Assembly (NCBI GenBank): GCA_043800705.1
Contig: JAZDMS010000023.1
Span: 1-64,000 of the forward strand
DNA length: 64,000 nt
Direction: 5' to 3'
From: Candidatus Altiarchaeota archaeon
GTDB taxonomy: Archaea > Altiarchaeota > Altiarchaeia > IMC4 > SCGC-AAA252-I15
Part shown: piece by piece, positions 30,271-38,058 of the stretch
Position numbering within the stretch: the stretch's first letter is position 1
Layout: the number at the start of each line of letters is the position of its first letter
Made by a program: the position numbers and the translations under genes
Notes under the pieces: model-generated
The model's input: the letters and a program-made list of their open reading frames with translations, nothing else
Databases searched by the model: none
Told to the model about the DNA's origin: nothing

Positions 30271-30783
30271 CTATCCGGCAAGCTTGGCCCCTTTCAATTC
30301 CGTCTCCAACCCTTTAAGTTTTTCCGGCTTCACTCCGCCCTTTTCAAGTGTTTGGCGGAAGGCAGCCAACAGGCCTTCCCGAAAAATATCGGCCCTTTTC
30401 TGCAGGACGGCGGAAAAAAAGTCCGGATTTACCACTTTGTCATCCTGATTCAGGTGGGCTTCTGCCTCGATCCTCCCGTTGATCCCGCCCACTATGACTT
30501 GATCCCTGGCTTGGCTATTCTGCCTGAGCTGTTCGATTGCGGCGACCATCGCAGCGGCGAACTTGGCCTGGGTGTCAGCATTAGGTTTATTTATTATCCG
30601 CTCAAACTCACACAAGGCCGCGCCTATAGTGATCGCTATGCCGTGTTGGGCATTTCTATCATCGAGCAATTTTGTATAATTGTAGACGCTGCTATTGTAG
30701 GCCGGCTCATCTCCGATGAGGGCGAGTTCTACCTCTGAAAATTGACGGTTCGCACTTTCGCCACCCTTTAACATTATTACCAT
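30271..30783 (-). CDS. Hypothetical protein
   Basis: Helical ORF filling the gap between the methylase and lysA; start uncertain (30828, 30783 or 30774). Confidence 0.55.
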   Translation of the reverse strand: MVIMLKGGESANRQFSEVELALIGDEPAYNSSVYNYTKLLDDRNAQHGIAITIGAALCEFERIINKPNADTQAKFAAAMVAAIEQLRQNSQARDQVIVGGINGRIEAEAHLNQDDKVVNPDFFSAVLQKRADIFREGLLAAFRQTLEKGGVKPEKLKGLETELKGAKLAG

Positions 30784-30860
30784 ACTAATATTCAGGAATC
30801 CTCGGATATAAAACCGCTTGGAAAGCACGATTATAAGCGCAGTTTGTCATAATCTAGGGT

Positions 30861-32090
30861 ATGGATGACGGGTTGCTGGCAAAGCTGGCCAACGAGCATG
30901 GGACGCCCCTGTACGTCTACGACGGGGACGTGATCGTCGAGCGGTGCAGGCGATTCAAGGACGCGTTCAAGGGATTCCCCGCTGCCGTGAAGTGCTGCTA
31001 TGCCGCCAAGGCGAACACGAACCTCGCGGTGCTTAGGATCATACGGAATGAGGGCTTCGGGGCGGACATAGTCTCGTCCGGGGAGCTTGACGCGGTGCTC
31101 AAGGCAGGATACGAACCTCGCGACATCATATACACTTCGAACGCGAAGAGCGAATCGGATATGCGAGCGGCGGTGGATGCGGGGATCAACGTCACAGCCG
31201 ACAACGCCGCAGACGTCGGGCTGTTCAAAAAAGTCGGCGGCAAAAAGCTTGCGTTCAGGGTGAACCCCGACGTGGACGCCAACACGCACCCGAAAATCTC
31301 CACAGCGCTTCGCGGGATAAAGTTCGGGCTCCACTTCGAGGAGGACATAGCCTATGACGCCATCAAGAAGGCCTGTGGGATGGGGCTTGAAGTCTGGGGC
31401 ATACACTGCCACATCGGCAGCAACATCAAGGAGACGAGTGCATTCGAGGAGGCTGCGCGCAAGATGGTGGCGTTCGCGCTTAGGCTGAGGCAGGAGCTGA
31501 AGATAGAACTCGACTTCATCGACCTCGGCGGAGGCCTCGGCGTCAGATACCATGACGAGACGGTCGTGAGCCCTGAGGCGTTCGCGAAAAGCTTCAAGAA
31601 CATAGTCGCAGACGGCATCGGAAAGCTCGGGTACAGGCCCGAATTCTGGTTCGAGCCGGGACGCTACATCGTCGCTGAGTCCGGCATACTCCTGACCAGC
31701 GTCATCAGCATAAAGGAGACGCCTGCGAAGAGGTTTATAAATGTGGACGCGGGATTCAACGACCTCATCCGCCCCGCCATGTACGACGCATACCACAACG
31801 TCCGCCTAGTCGGAAAGGACGGAGCGGAGCTAGAATACGACGTCGCAGGCCCCCTTTGCGAATCGGGCGACATCCTCGCCAAGGACAGGACGCTCCCGAA
31901 GGCAGAAATGGGCGACGTCATCGCAGTGGAAAACGCCGGCGCCTACGGGTACAGCATGGCCTCCAACTACAACAGCAGGCCTCTTCCCGCGGAGGTATTG
32001 GTGCGTTCCGGCAGAAACGACCTTATCAGGGAGAGACAGCGGGTGGAGGAGCTCTACCTCAGGCAGAAGATACCGAAAGACCTCCTCTGA
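30861..32090 (+). CDS. lysA: Diaminopimelate decarboxylase
   Basis: YAAKAN (PLP lysine), HCHIGS, DLGGG, EPGR, GPLCESGD and GAYG motifs. Confidence 0.95.
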   Translation: MDDGLLAKLANEHGTPLYVYDGDVIVERCRRFKDAFKGFPAAVKCCYAAKANTNLAVLRIIRNEGFGADIVSSGELDAVLKAGYEPRDIIYTSNAKSESDMRAAVDAGINVTADNAADVGLFKKVGGKKLAFRVNPDVDANTHPKISTALRGIKFGLHFEEDIAYDAIKKACGMGLEVWGIHCHIGSNIKETSAFEEAARKMVAFALRLRQELKIELDFIDLGGGLGVRYHDETVVSPEAFAKSFKNIVADGIGKLGYRPEFWFEPGRYIVAESGILLTSVISIKETPAKRFINVDAGFNDLIRPAMYDAYHNVRLVGKDGAELEYDVAGPLCESGDILAKDRTLPKAEMGDVIAVENAGAYGYSMASNYNSRPLPAEVLVRSGRNDLIRERQRVEELYLRQKIPKDLL

Positions 32091-32123
32091 TGATTTAAGC
32101 AGGCCGCTCCCAGTATCTTATCG

Positions 32124-32912
32124 ATGGCGATGAGGCAGAGGGAGCAGGTCCCCGATCCCGGGCTTTTAGAAGAGCTGGATCAAATGACCCGGCGGAATTT
32201 CATCATCGGAGCTTCCGCCGCCATAATAGGCCTCTTCGGAGGGGAATCCTCTGCACAACAAGGAGAAAAACAAAAATACGTCGGATTCGTCCCGAATGAT
32301 TTTGACGCTCAAAAAGAGTACCCTCTGCTTTTCTGCCTCCACCCGGACGGTGATGGAATGCAGTATCTGCAGGCCCTGAGGCCATTGCAGGCCAAGGCGC
32401 AAGTTATCGTAGCAGCCTCCAATACATACGAAAACGGGCAGAAGTTCGCCGATTTCCTACCAGAGATCAAGGCGGCTGTGGATGCGATAAAGAAAAAATT
32501 CAAGGTGAGCAAGGTATACCTGTGCGGCCTATCCGGCGGAGGCCAGGCTGCCTATGTCGCAGACCATGAATTTGATTGGGTCGACGGCATCATAATCAAC
32601 AACGGTTCGCTTCATCCGCGCATCTTCGACAAGAAGCCCCTCGGGATCAAGAATGCTGTCCTAATAGCGGGGGGGCGGGACAGGCGGATAACGCCGAAGA
32701 ACATGGAAGACGACGAAGCAATCCTAAAAAAAAATGGGGTGAATACCCAGCTCATCAGAATACAATCGTTGGGGCACACCTTCGCGCCGGCGGCCACCTA
32801 CATTAGGGCGATACAGTGGCTGGAATCCGTCAAGCCAGAAGAGCCTACTTCTTCTTCGAAGACTCCTCCACCTCCGCCCAGAACTTCTCCTTCACCTCAT
32901 AGTATACGGTGA
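32124..32912 (+). CDS. Alpha/beta hydrolase (esterase-like) with twin-arginine-like signal
   Basis: TRRNFIIGASAAIIG, GLSGGG nucleophile elbow, GGRD acid and GHT His; start may be 32184. Confidence 0.75.
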   Translation: MAMRQREQVPDPGLLEELDQMTRRNFIIGASAAIIGLFGGESSAQQGEKQKYVGFVPNDFDAQKEYPLLFCLHPDGDGMQYLQALRPLQAKAQVIVAASNTYENGQKFADFLPEIKAAVDAIKKKFKVSKVYLCGLSGGGQAAYVADHEFDWVDGIIINNGSLHPRIFDKKPLGIKNAVLIAGGRDRRITPKNMEDDEAILKKNGVNTQLIRIQSLGHTFAPAATYIRAIQWLESVKPEEPTSSSKTPPPPPRTSPSPHSIR

Positions 32913-33090
32913 TCGACGGCAGGATGGCGAGTATGCCAAGAAGCCAGGCCATGGGGAATGGCACGAGTATCGCGTTGAACGGGTAGAATATCCCGATGAC
33001 CATCATGATGAGGGCGAAGAACACGCCCATCATGCTCAGCTTGAACAGCACCGCATTCCTTGAACAATAACATCCTCTACCGCAACACAT
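32845..33090 (-). CDS. Small two-TM membrane protein
   Basis: Two hydrophobic helices; directly follows the PH-domain gene, with GAGGTGA upstream. Confidence 0.55.
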   Translation of the reverse strand: MCCGRGCYCSRNAVLFKLSMMGVFFALIMMVIGIFYPFNAILVPFPMAWLLGILAILPSITVYYEVKEKFWAEVEESSKKK

Positions 33091-33096
33091 AATCAA

Positions 33097-34005
33097 TCAC
33101 CTCATCTTTTTTCTTATGTCATCCAGCTGGTCCGTCATCTTCCTGAGGTACGGGGCCTGGACATACGACCTCAACAGAACGGAAACCATCTCCTGCACCC
33201 TCTCCGGATCCTCGACGCCGAAGAGTCCATACATGCTCCTGATCCTCGGGATCTGGACGGCCCTGCCGCCCGTCACCTGAGCGCTGAGGGGGATCCCTGC
33301 GACACTGCCCTGCGACCCCATCGAGACAGAGGAGAAGTCGCTGCCCATCCCGAGGCCGGACGCCGTCACCGGTATGATCGTCCCGAAATTGAAGAGGCTG
33401 CCGATGAGGCCCTGTTCGAGGACGACGTTGTTTATCTTGTCATACGACAGCTCGTTGCGTTTGACGCCTCCGAACCTGACCTCGGTCACTATCCTCTGGT
33501 CGGTTATGTAAAATATGTGGCTTCTGCGGTATGCGTCGACGACCCCGAAGCCCACCAGCGACAAGAGCATCCCGAAGTTGTATGCGCTTTCGGCGGGCAT
33601 GCGCCAGTATGCGCTGAGGCCGACGCTCGCGAGGCCGACGCCAGCCATAAACCAGACCCACTTGAACTCGATCCTCACGACCGAGACGGCCACGGAGCTC
33701 AGCAAAAGCGCCGCGATCCAGGCCGCGACCGGAGTGTACGTCCTGGTGAACCATTCCCCCCAATTAGCGGCGTCGGATACGGGCCTGAGGAATCCCGGCA
33801 GGATGGAGCCCACATGCCGGACGGTCCCCGCCGCCGCAACCAGCGGCCCGCCGGCGATATATTCGAACTCCTGGCCGTACATCAGGAATGCGAAGCTGAG
33901 GACGATCACCCAGACCCAGGCGGCGTACATGTCCCAGAATGAGAGGGGATGGGGTCTGGCCTCCAAAAGGAGCTTCTCGCCGTCGGACAATTTCAGCAGA
34001 CCCAT
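33097..34005 (-). CDS. Membrane protein with bacterial PH (bPH_2-like) domain
   Basis: GEKLLLEARPH, TM helices, and FYITDQRI...YDKINNV..EQGLIGSLFNFGTI. Confidence 0.8.
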   Translation of the reverse strand: MGLLKLSDGEKLLLEARPHPLSFWDMYAAWVWVIVLSFAFLMYGQEFEYIAGGPLVAAAGTVRHVGSILPGFLRPVSDAANWGEWFTRTYTPVAAWIAALLLSSVAVSVVRIEFKWVWFMAGVGLASVGLSAYWRMPAESAYNFGMLLSLVGFGVVDAYRRSHIFYITDQRIVTEVRFGGVKRNELSYDKINNVVLEQGLIGSLFNFGTIIPVTASGLGMGSDFSSVSMGSQGSVAGIPLSAQVTGGRAVQIPRIRSMYGLFGVEDPERVQEMVSVLLRSYVQAPYLRKMTDQLDDIRKKMR

Positions 34006-34046
34006 CAATATATTTTAGTCGTCTGGAAAGATAAAAGCGGCCTAGT

Positions 34047-34131
34047 GTTTGCAGTCTTCGGTCCTCTGTCCCCGGTCTTCGGTCTTGTTATTCTTGGCGT
34101 GGCTGAGGACAGTAGACCAGAGACTGCAGAC
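34047..34131. repeat. Imperfect inverted repeat built from 7-nt periodic units
   Basis: GTC triplets at 34054, 61, 68, 75 and 82; GAC triplets ending at 34110, 17, 24 and 31; outer arms GTTTGCAGTCT / AGACTGCAGAC. Confidence 0.7.
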
Positions 34132-34137
34132 TTCAGT

Positions 34138-34200
34138 TCATCAGCACTCATAAGCCTCATCATCGCCTTTCGGCTCAGCCATCTTGAGTCATCACGTGAT
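34138..34200 (-). ncRNA. Box C/D guide sRNA, probable guide for Cm34 of a CAU-anticodon (pre-)tRNA
   Basis: Minus strand: aTCAc-GTGATGA(C)-CTCAAGATGG-CTGA(D')-GCCGAAAGGC-g-ATGATGA(C')-GGCTTATGAGTG-CTGA(D)-TGA. All four boxes are consensus and both K-turns have canonical geometry. Confidence 0.88.
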
Positions 34201-34227
34201 CTATTGTTTGACGAGGCGGTTATATGC

Positions 34228-34418
34228 ATAAGGGCAAGACACCCTTCGGGTTTCTCGCCCTTATCAACCCTACTCTTCCGACATGCCATCGCGGATGGCA
34301 TCGTTCACTAATGTGTTTTTCTATTGTTTGACGAGGCGGTTATATGCATAGGGGCAGGCACCTTTCAGGTTCCCGCCCCTATCACCCCTACCCTCCGGTA
34401 TGGTGCCTTCGGCACCAT
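34228..34418 (-). ncRNA. Two tandem structured units (short hairpin - purine-rich linker - long hairpin), putative ncRNAs or ssDNA elements
   Basis: Long hairpins at 34228-64 and 34348-82, short hairpins at 34283-301 and 34400-18; the sequences differ but pairing is preserved. Confidence 0.6.
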
Positions 34419-34419
34419 G

Positions 34420-34425
34420 AAAAAA
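34420..34425 (-). terminator. Oligo-T tract after a stem-loop, possible archaeal terminator
   Basis: Minus-strand T6 immediately after the stem formed by 34459-68 and 34427-36. Confidence 0.4.
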
Positions 34426-34469
34426 TCCCGTAGACGTATGCATCGGCAGAAGGACAGGCGCCCTCGGGT

Positions 34470-34871
34470 TCATTGTTTGACGAGGCGGTTATATGCGTGC
34501 AGGACGAGGACGGCCTCTTCGAGTTGGGCGATGTTTACGGTCGTCGTCTTCTGTTCTATCGCCGGCTCAAGGAGCCTGTGCTGGACGCGGAACGGGCTCG
34601 TGCCGTCCTTGATCGTGTTCAGATTGTGGGTGCTGGTGATCTGGTTCAGCCTGTCCTTCGGCGCCTTCTGGAGGTATTGGACTGCCTCCTGTAGGTTGAT
34701 GAGGTGCTGGAGCATCTCCTCCTCGCCGCCGAATGCGGTCGCCAGCTCAAGCTGCGAGTTTGTGGTCAGCCTCCTGAGCTTCATCGAGACCAGCAGGTCC
34801 TGGAACGCAATCAATGTGTCCTTCACCGAGCATTCGGCCTCTTTTCGAGGCTTGGGTTTTCCCTCATCCAT
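34470..34871 (-). CDS. Hypothetical helical protein (133 aa) whose last codons contain the 25-bp repeat
   Basis: ORF starts 10 bp after the PMM/PGM stop and ends AYNRLVKQ*. Confidence 0.65.
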   Translation of the reverse strand: MDEGKPKPRKEAECSVKDTLIAFQDLLVSMKLRRLTTNSQLELATAFGGEEEMLQHLINLQEAVQYLQKAPKDRLNQITSTHNLNTIKDGTSPFRVQHRLLEPAIEQKTTTVNIAQLEEAVLVLHAYNRLVKQ

Positions 34872-34881
34872 AATGCACCCC

Positions 34882-36228
34882 TCAGATCTTACCCTTCAAT
34901 TCCGGATTCCTGTCGAAGACTTCCCTGAATACGGCCTTCATCTCCTCCAGTTTCTTCGGGGTCTTCCCCTCGAAGCGCAGCACCAGGTGAGGGCCCGTGT
35001 TCGAAGCCCTCATCAGGCCCCATCCGTCCTTTGCCTGGACCCTGACCCCGTCCACGGTAATCAGCTCGTATTTTCCTTCGAACGCCTTCCTGACCTCGTC
35101 GACGAGGGCGAACTTCTTCTCCTCGGGGACCGTGGCCCTTATCTCAGGAGTCGAATAATATTTCGGGATGGTGTCGACTATCTCGCTCATCCTCTTTTTG
35201 GTCTTCGACAGCGTCTGGACCATCCTCGCGGTCGCATATATGCCGTCGTCGAATCCTGGGTAGTCGTCTGCGAAGAAGAAGTGGCCGCTCATCTCGCCAG
35301 CCAGGAAGGCGTGTTCCTCCTTGATCTTCTTCTTGATGAAGCTGTGGCCTGTGCGGTACATTATCGGCCTGCCGCCGTGGGCTTCTATGTCCTCCGTGAG
35401 CGCCATGCTGCACTTGACTTCGAAGATAATGGATGCGCCCTTGTTTTTCGCGAGTATTTCCCTGCTGAAGAGTGCTAGGGCCTGGTCTCCGCGGATTATC
35501 CCGCCGTTTTCGTCGACGAAGCCGGCCCTGTCGGAGTCGCCGTCGTATGCGAGGCCTATGTCGGCCTTTTCTTCCTTTACCTTCGCTATCAGGTCTTTGA
35601 GGTTGGAGTCGACCGTCGGGTCCGCGGGGTGGTTCGGGAAGTTTCCGTCAGGCTCGGAGAAGAGCTCTATGACTTCGCATCCAAGGTCGCGGAAGAGCTT
35701 CGGCGCGACAGCGCCCGCCGTCCCGTTGGCGCAGTCGAGCACGACCTTCAGCTTCCTTTTGAGTTTTATCCTGTCACTCATGTATTTGGAGTATTCCGGG
35801 AGTATGTCGCGCGCTTCGATGCTGCCCTGTCCGCTCCTGAATTTGCCCGCGTCGACTGCGGCGCCTACGGCGGTTATCTCGTCCCCGTACAGGGTCATTC
35901 CGCCTTTAATGCAGAGCTTGAATCCGTTGTATTCCGGCGGGTTGTGGGATGCGGTAAGCATGATTCCGCCGTCGAGTTTCAGGATGTAGATCGCGAAGTA
36001 CAGTGCGGGGGTCGGGACGCACCCGACGTCTATGACCTTCAGCCCCGTGGATTTCAACCCCTCTATCAGCGCCTTTGACAGCGTCGGGCTGCTTTTTCTG
36101 ACATCGCATCCGACTGCGACGGTGCCTGTGACCGTGGAGCCGAATGCCTTGCCTATCTTTAGGGCGATCTCCTCGGTGACCTCCGTGCCGTATAATCCTC
36201 TGATGTCGTAGGCACGGTAGATGCTCAT
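34882..36228 (-). CDS. Phosphomannomutase/phosphoglucomutase
   Basis: RAYDIRG, TASHNP, DGDSDR and GEMSGH motifs. Confidence 0.95.
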   Translation of the reverse strand: MSIYRAYDIRGLYGTEVTEEIALKIGKAFGSTVTGTVAVGCDVRKSSPTLSKALIEGLKSTGLKVIDVGCVPTPALYFAIYILKLDGGIMLTASHNPPEYNGFKLCIKGGMTLYGDEITAVGAAVDAGKFRSGQGSIEARDILPEYSKYMSDRIKLKRKLKVVLDCANGTAGAVAPKLFRDLGCEVIELFSEPDGNFPNHPADPTVDSNLKDLIAKVKEEKADIGLAYDGDSDRAGFVDENGGIIRGDQALALFSREILAKNKGASIIFEVKCSMALTEDIEAHGGRPIMYRTGHSFIKKKIKEEHAFLAGEMSGHFFFADDYPGFDDGIYATARMVQTLSKTKKRMSEIVDTIPKYYSTPEIRATVPEEKKFALVDEVRKAFEGKYELITVDGVRVQAKDGWGLMRASNTGPHLVLRFEGKTPKKLEEMKAVFREVFDRNPELKGKI

Positions 36229-37074
36229 TCAGATACCCTTCCAGTTTTTTATGGCGCGCTCGTAGGCTTCGGGGGTGCCGGTGTCGAACCATTGGCCGTC
36301 GAACGGATAACCGAAAAGTTTCCCCTCTTCTGCGAGCTTGGGGAATACGTCCCTTTCGAGCATGGATTTGCCCTTCGGTATGTATCCGAGTATCTCGGGC
36401 TGCAGGACGTAGACGCCGGCGTTTATTAGCCTGCCGTCTTCGCCGCCCTTAGGCTTCTCGATGAAGCCAATTATCCTGTGTCCTTTGAGGCGTGCGACGC
36501 CGAACGACGACGTGTCTTCGACCTGTGTCAGGGCGATTGTCGCAAGGGCGTTCTGTTCCGAGTGGAACCCTATGATGTCGGTGAGGTCTATGTTCGACAG
36601 GACGTCGCCGTTGAACATAAGGAATGGGCTGTTCAAATGCTGTTTGGCCAGAAGGAGCGGTCCCGCGGTTCCCATCTCCTCCTTCTCTTCGACGTATTTT
36701 ATGTTGACGCCGAGGTGGCTGCCGTCGCCGAAGTGGTCCCTGATCTTGTCTCCCATGTAGCCGATCGAAAGTATGATCTCCCTGATCTCGTATTTTCTGC
36801 AGAGCTCGATTATGTGCTGGATGAGGGGCTTGCCCTTTAGGGGGATCATCGGCTTCGGCATCTCGTAGGTGAGCGGCCTCATCCTGGTCCCCTTGCCTCC
36901 GGCGAGGATTATCGCCTTCTTCACCTTCCCAGATTCGAGGACCTTCGACAGGAGGACTTCGATGGCGTGGCTGCGGTTCCTTACTTTTATTCCGTCCACG
37001 CGGCTGTCAAGTTCGGTCAAGAGGTCTTTTCGCAGGGTGATGGTGAGTCGTTCGCGATTCGCTTCAGATGCCAT
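36229..37074 (-). CDS. Sugar-phosphate nucleotidyltransferase with N-terminal ribbon-helix-helix domain
   Basis: RLTITL...LD...NRSHAIE (RHH), then LAGGKGTRMRPLT..PKP, NGD and WFDTGTP. Confidence 0.88.
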   Translation of the reverse strand: MASEANRERLTITLRKDLLTELDSRVDGIKVRNRSHAIEVLLSKVLESGKVKKAIILAGGKGTRMRPLTYEMPKPMIPLKGKPLIQHIIELCRKYEIREIILSIGYMGDKIRDHFGDGSHLGVNIKYVEEKEEMGTAGPLLLAKQHLNSPFLMFNGDVLSNIDLTDIIGFHSEQNALATIALTQVEDTSSFGVARLKGHRIIGFIEKPKGGEDGRLINAGVYVLQPEILGYIPKGKSMLERDVFPKLAEEGKLFGYPFDGQWFDTGTPEAYERAIKNWKGI

Positions 37075-37154
37075 TTTCAGGAATTGGAGATACTACATTA
37101 TGAGAAAACTCATATAAATGGGATCTTTTATGCTTCGGGAGCGAATATCCGATT

Positions 37155-38054
37155 ATGCCATCCGATGAGGAGTTTAGCGAGCGGGCGAAGACTGTTGTCG
37201 GGCTGGCTGGCAGGCTGGGGCGCGCCCTCTTGGAAGGAACGGTCCCTGCCAGGAAGTCGGAGGAGTATCAGGAGCTCCTTCATGAAAGAGTAGCCTCGCT
37301 CAAAAGGCTGGAATTGGAGTCCCTCGACGACAAAATATTGGGCTTTTCGGTTTCCAGGGACGAACTGGACAATCAGAGGACTTCGGGCAACATCAGCGAT
37401 GACGCATATCTCACACTTGCCGATGGATTGAACCGGCAGAAGCAGGAGTTGGATTCACAGAAGAAGGCCGTTGCCGGATTGGGGGAAAAGGACTATCTTG
37501 CGCGGATCATGTCACGCTACACCCCCCCTGAAGAGACGGAACAGAAGAAGCGGGTCTCGAAACCCGATAAGGCCGATGAAGCGCCTGCCAAGCCGTCGCC
37601 TGTGTCTGCCATCATGAACCGGGAGAAAATCGGCGATGAGCTCGCATACGTGGTTTTGGCGCTGATCGTGATCGCGGGATTGAAATATGCCCTCTCATCC
37701 GGTCTCTTTCCTAAAAATACGATCCCTTATGCGGTATCCGGGCTGTCTATCGTAACTGGAATACTCTGCCTTTACGCATCGACTTCGGTCATGCACGTGG
37801 GGCGCGCATCCATGAAGAACGCGTTCTTTGCATTTTTTGCCATCTTCCTGCTTTCGTCGGTCGCCGGCTTCGCGGCATCGGGAACCAAGCATGCGTCGAC
37901 GGTCATGTTCCTTGCGTACATCGTGTCGTCGGTGATCATACTAGGCAGGGTCTATTTTCTTCCCTTTACGGAGTCGTTAACCGTCGCGATGGCATACTTC
38001 ATCCCGTACCTGATCGTATTGTGGGCGCTGGGAATCTCGTCGTCCCCTATCTGA
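37155..38054 (+). CDS. Membrane protein with N-terminal coiled coil
   Basis: Charged helical N-half and about 5 C-terminal TM helices. Confidence 0.65.
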   Translation: MPSDEEFSERAKTVVGLAGRLGRALLEGTVPARKSEEYQELLHERVASLKRLELESLDDKILGFSVSRDELDNQRTSGNISDDAYLTLADGLNRQKQELDSQKKAVAGLGEKDYLARIMSRYTPPEETEQKKRVSKPDKADEAPAKPSPVSAIMNREKIGDELAYVVLALIVIAGLKYALSSGLFPKNTIPYAVSGLSIVTGILCLYASTSVMHVGRASMKNAFFAFFAIFLLSSVAGFAASGTKHASTVMFLAYIVSSVIILGRVYFLPFTESLTVAMAYFIPYLIVLWALGISSSPI

Positions 38055-38058
38055 GAAC

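Larger units (their letters stand above)
34200..34496. repeat. Three copies of a 25-bp direct repeat, ATTGTTTGACGAGGCGGTTATATGC (34203-27, 34323-47, 34472-96), probably a minus-strand promoter
   Basis: Identical copies; copies 1 and 2 extend to 31 bp and are exactly 120 bp apart. Minus strand reads ATATAA - GC-rich - AAACAATAG, and copy 1 ends at the 5' end of the C/D sRNA. Confidence 0.85.

Noticed and set aside
34120-34180. Hammerhead ribozyme (CTGATGA and GAAA present)
   Set aside because: Order and stems do not form the hammerhead core; the motifs are fully explained by C/D boxes and a GNRA loop.
34228-34382. Archaeal SECIS elements recoding the TGA at 34470
   Set aside because: The hairpins lack the GAA/A internal-loop geometry. 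Read-through past the TGA gives a short non-protein-like frame, and no selenoprotein gene is evident.
34200-34418. H/ACA guide RNAs (ACA triplet in the repeat)
   Set aside because: No K-turn or K-loop in hairpin A, no clear lower stem, and ACA is about 20 nt from the stem base rather than 14-16.
34200-34496. CRISPR array
   Set aside because: The intervals between 25-bp repeats are 95 and 124 nt, homologous to each other and highly structured. The repeat is not palindromic and no cas genes were recognised.
34005-35478. ORF-track entries 34005-34301(-), 33949-34311(+), 34324-35478(+) and 34473-34694(+), three sharing FDEAVIC
   Set aside because: The shared peptide is only the translation of the DNA repeat. 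These frames overlap structured RNA or are antisense to real genes.
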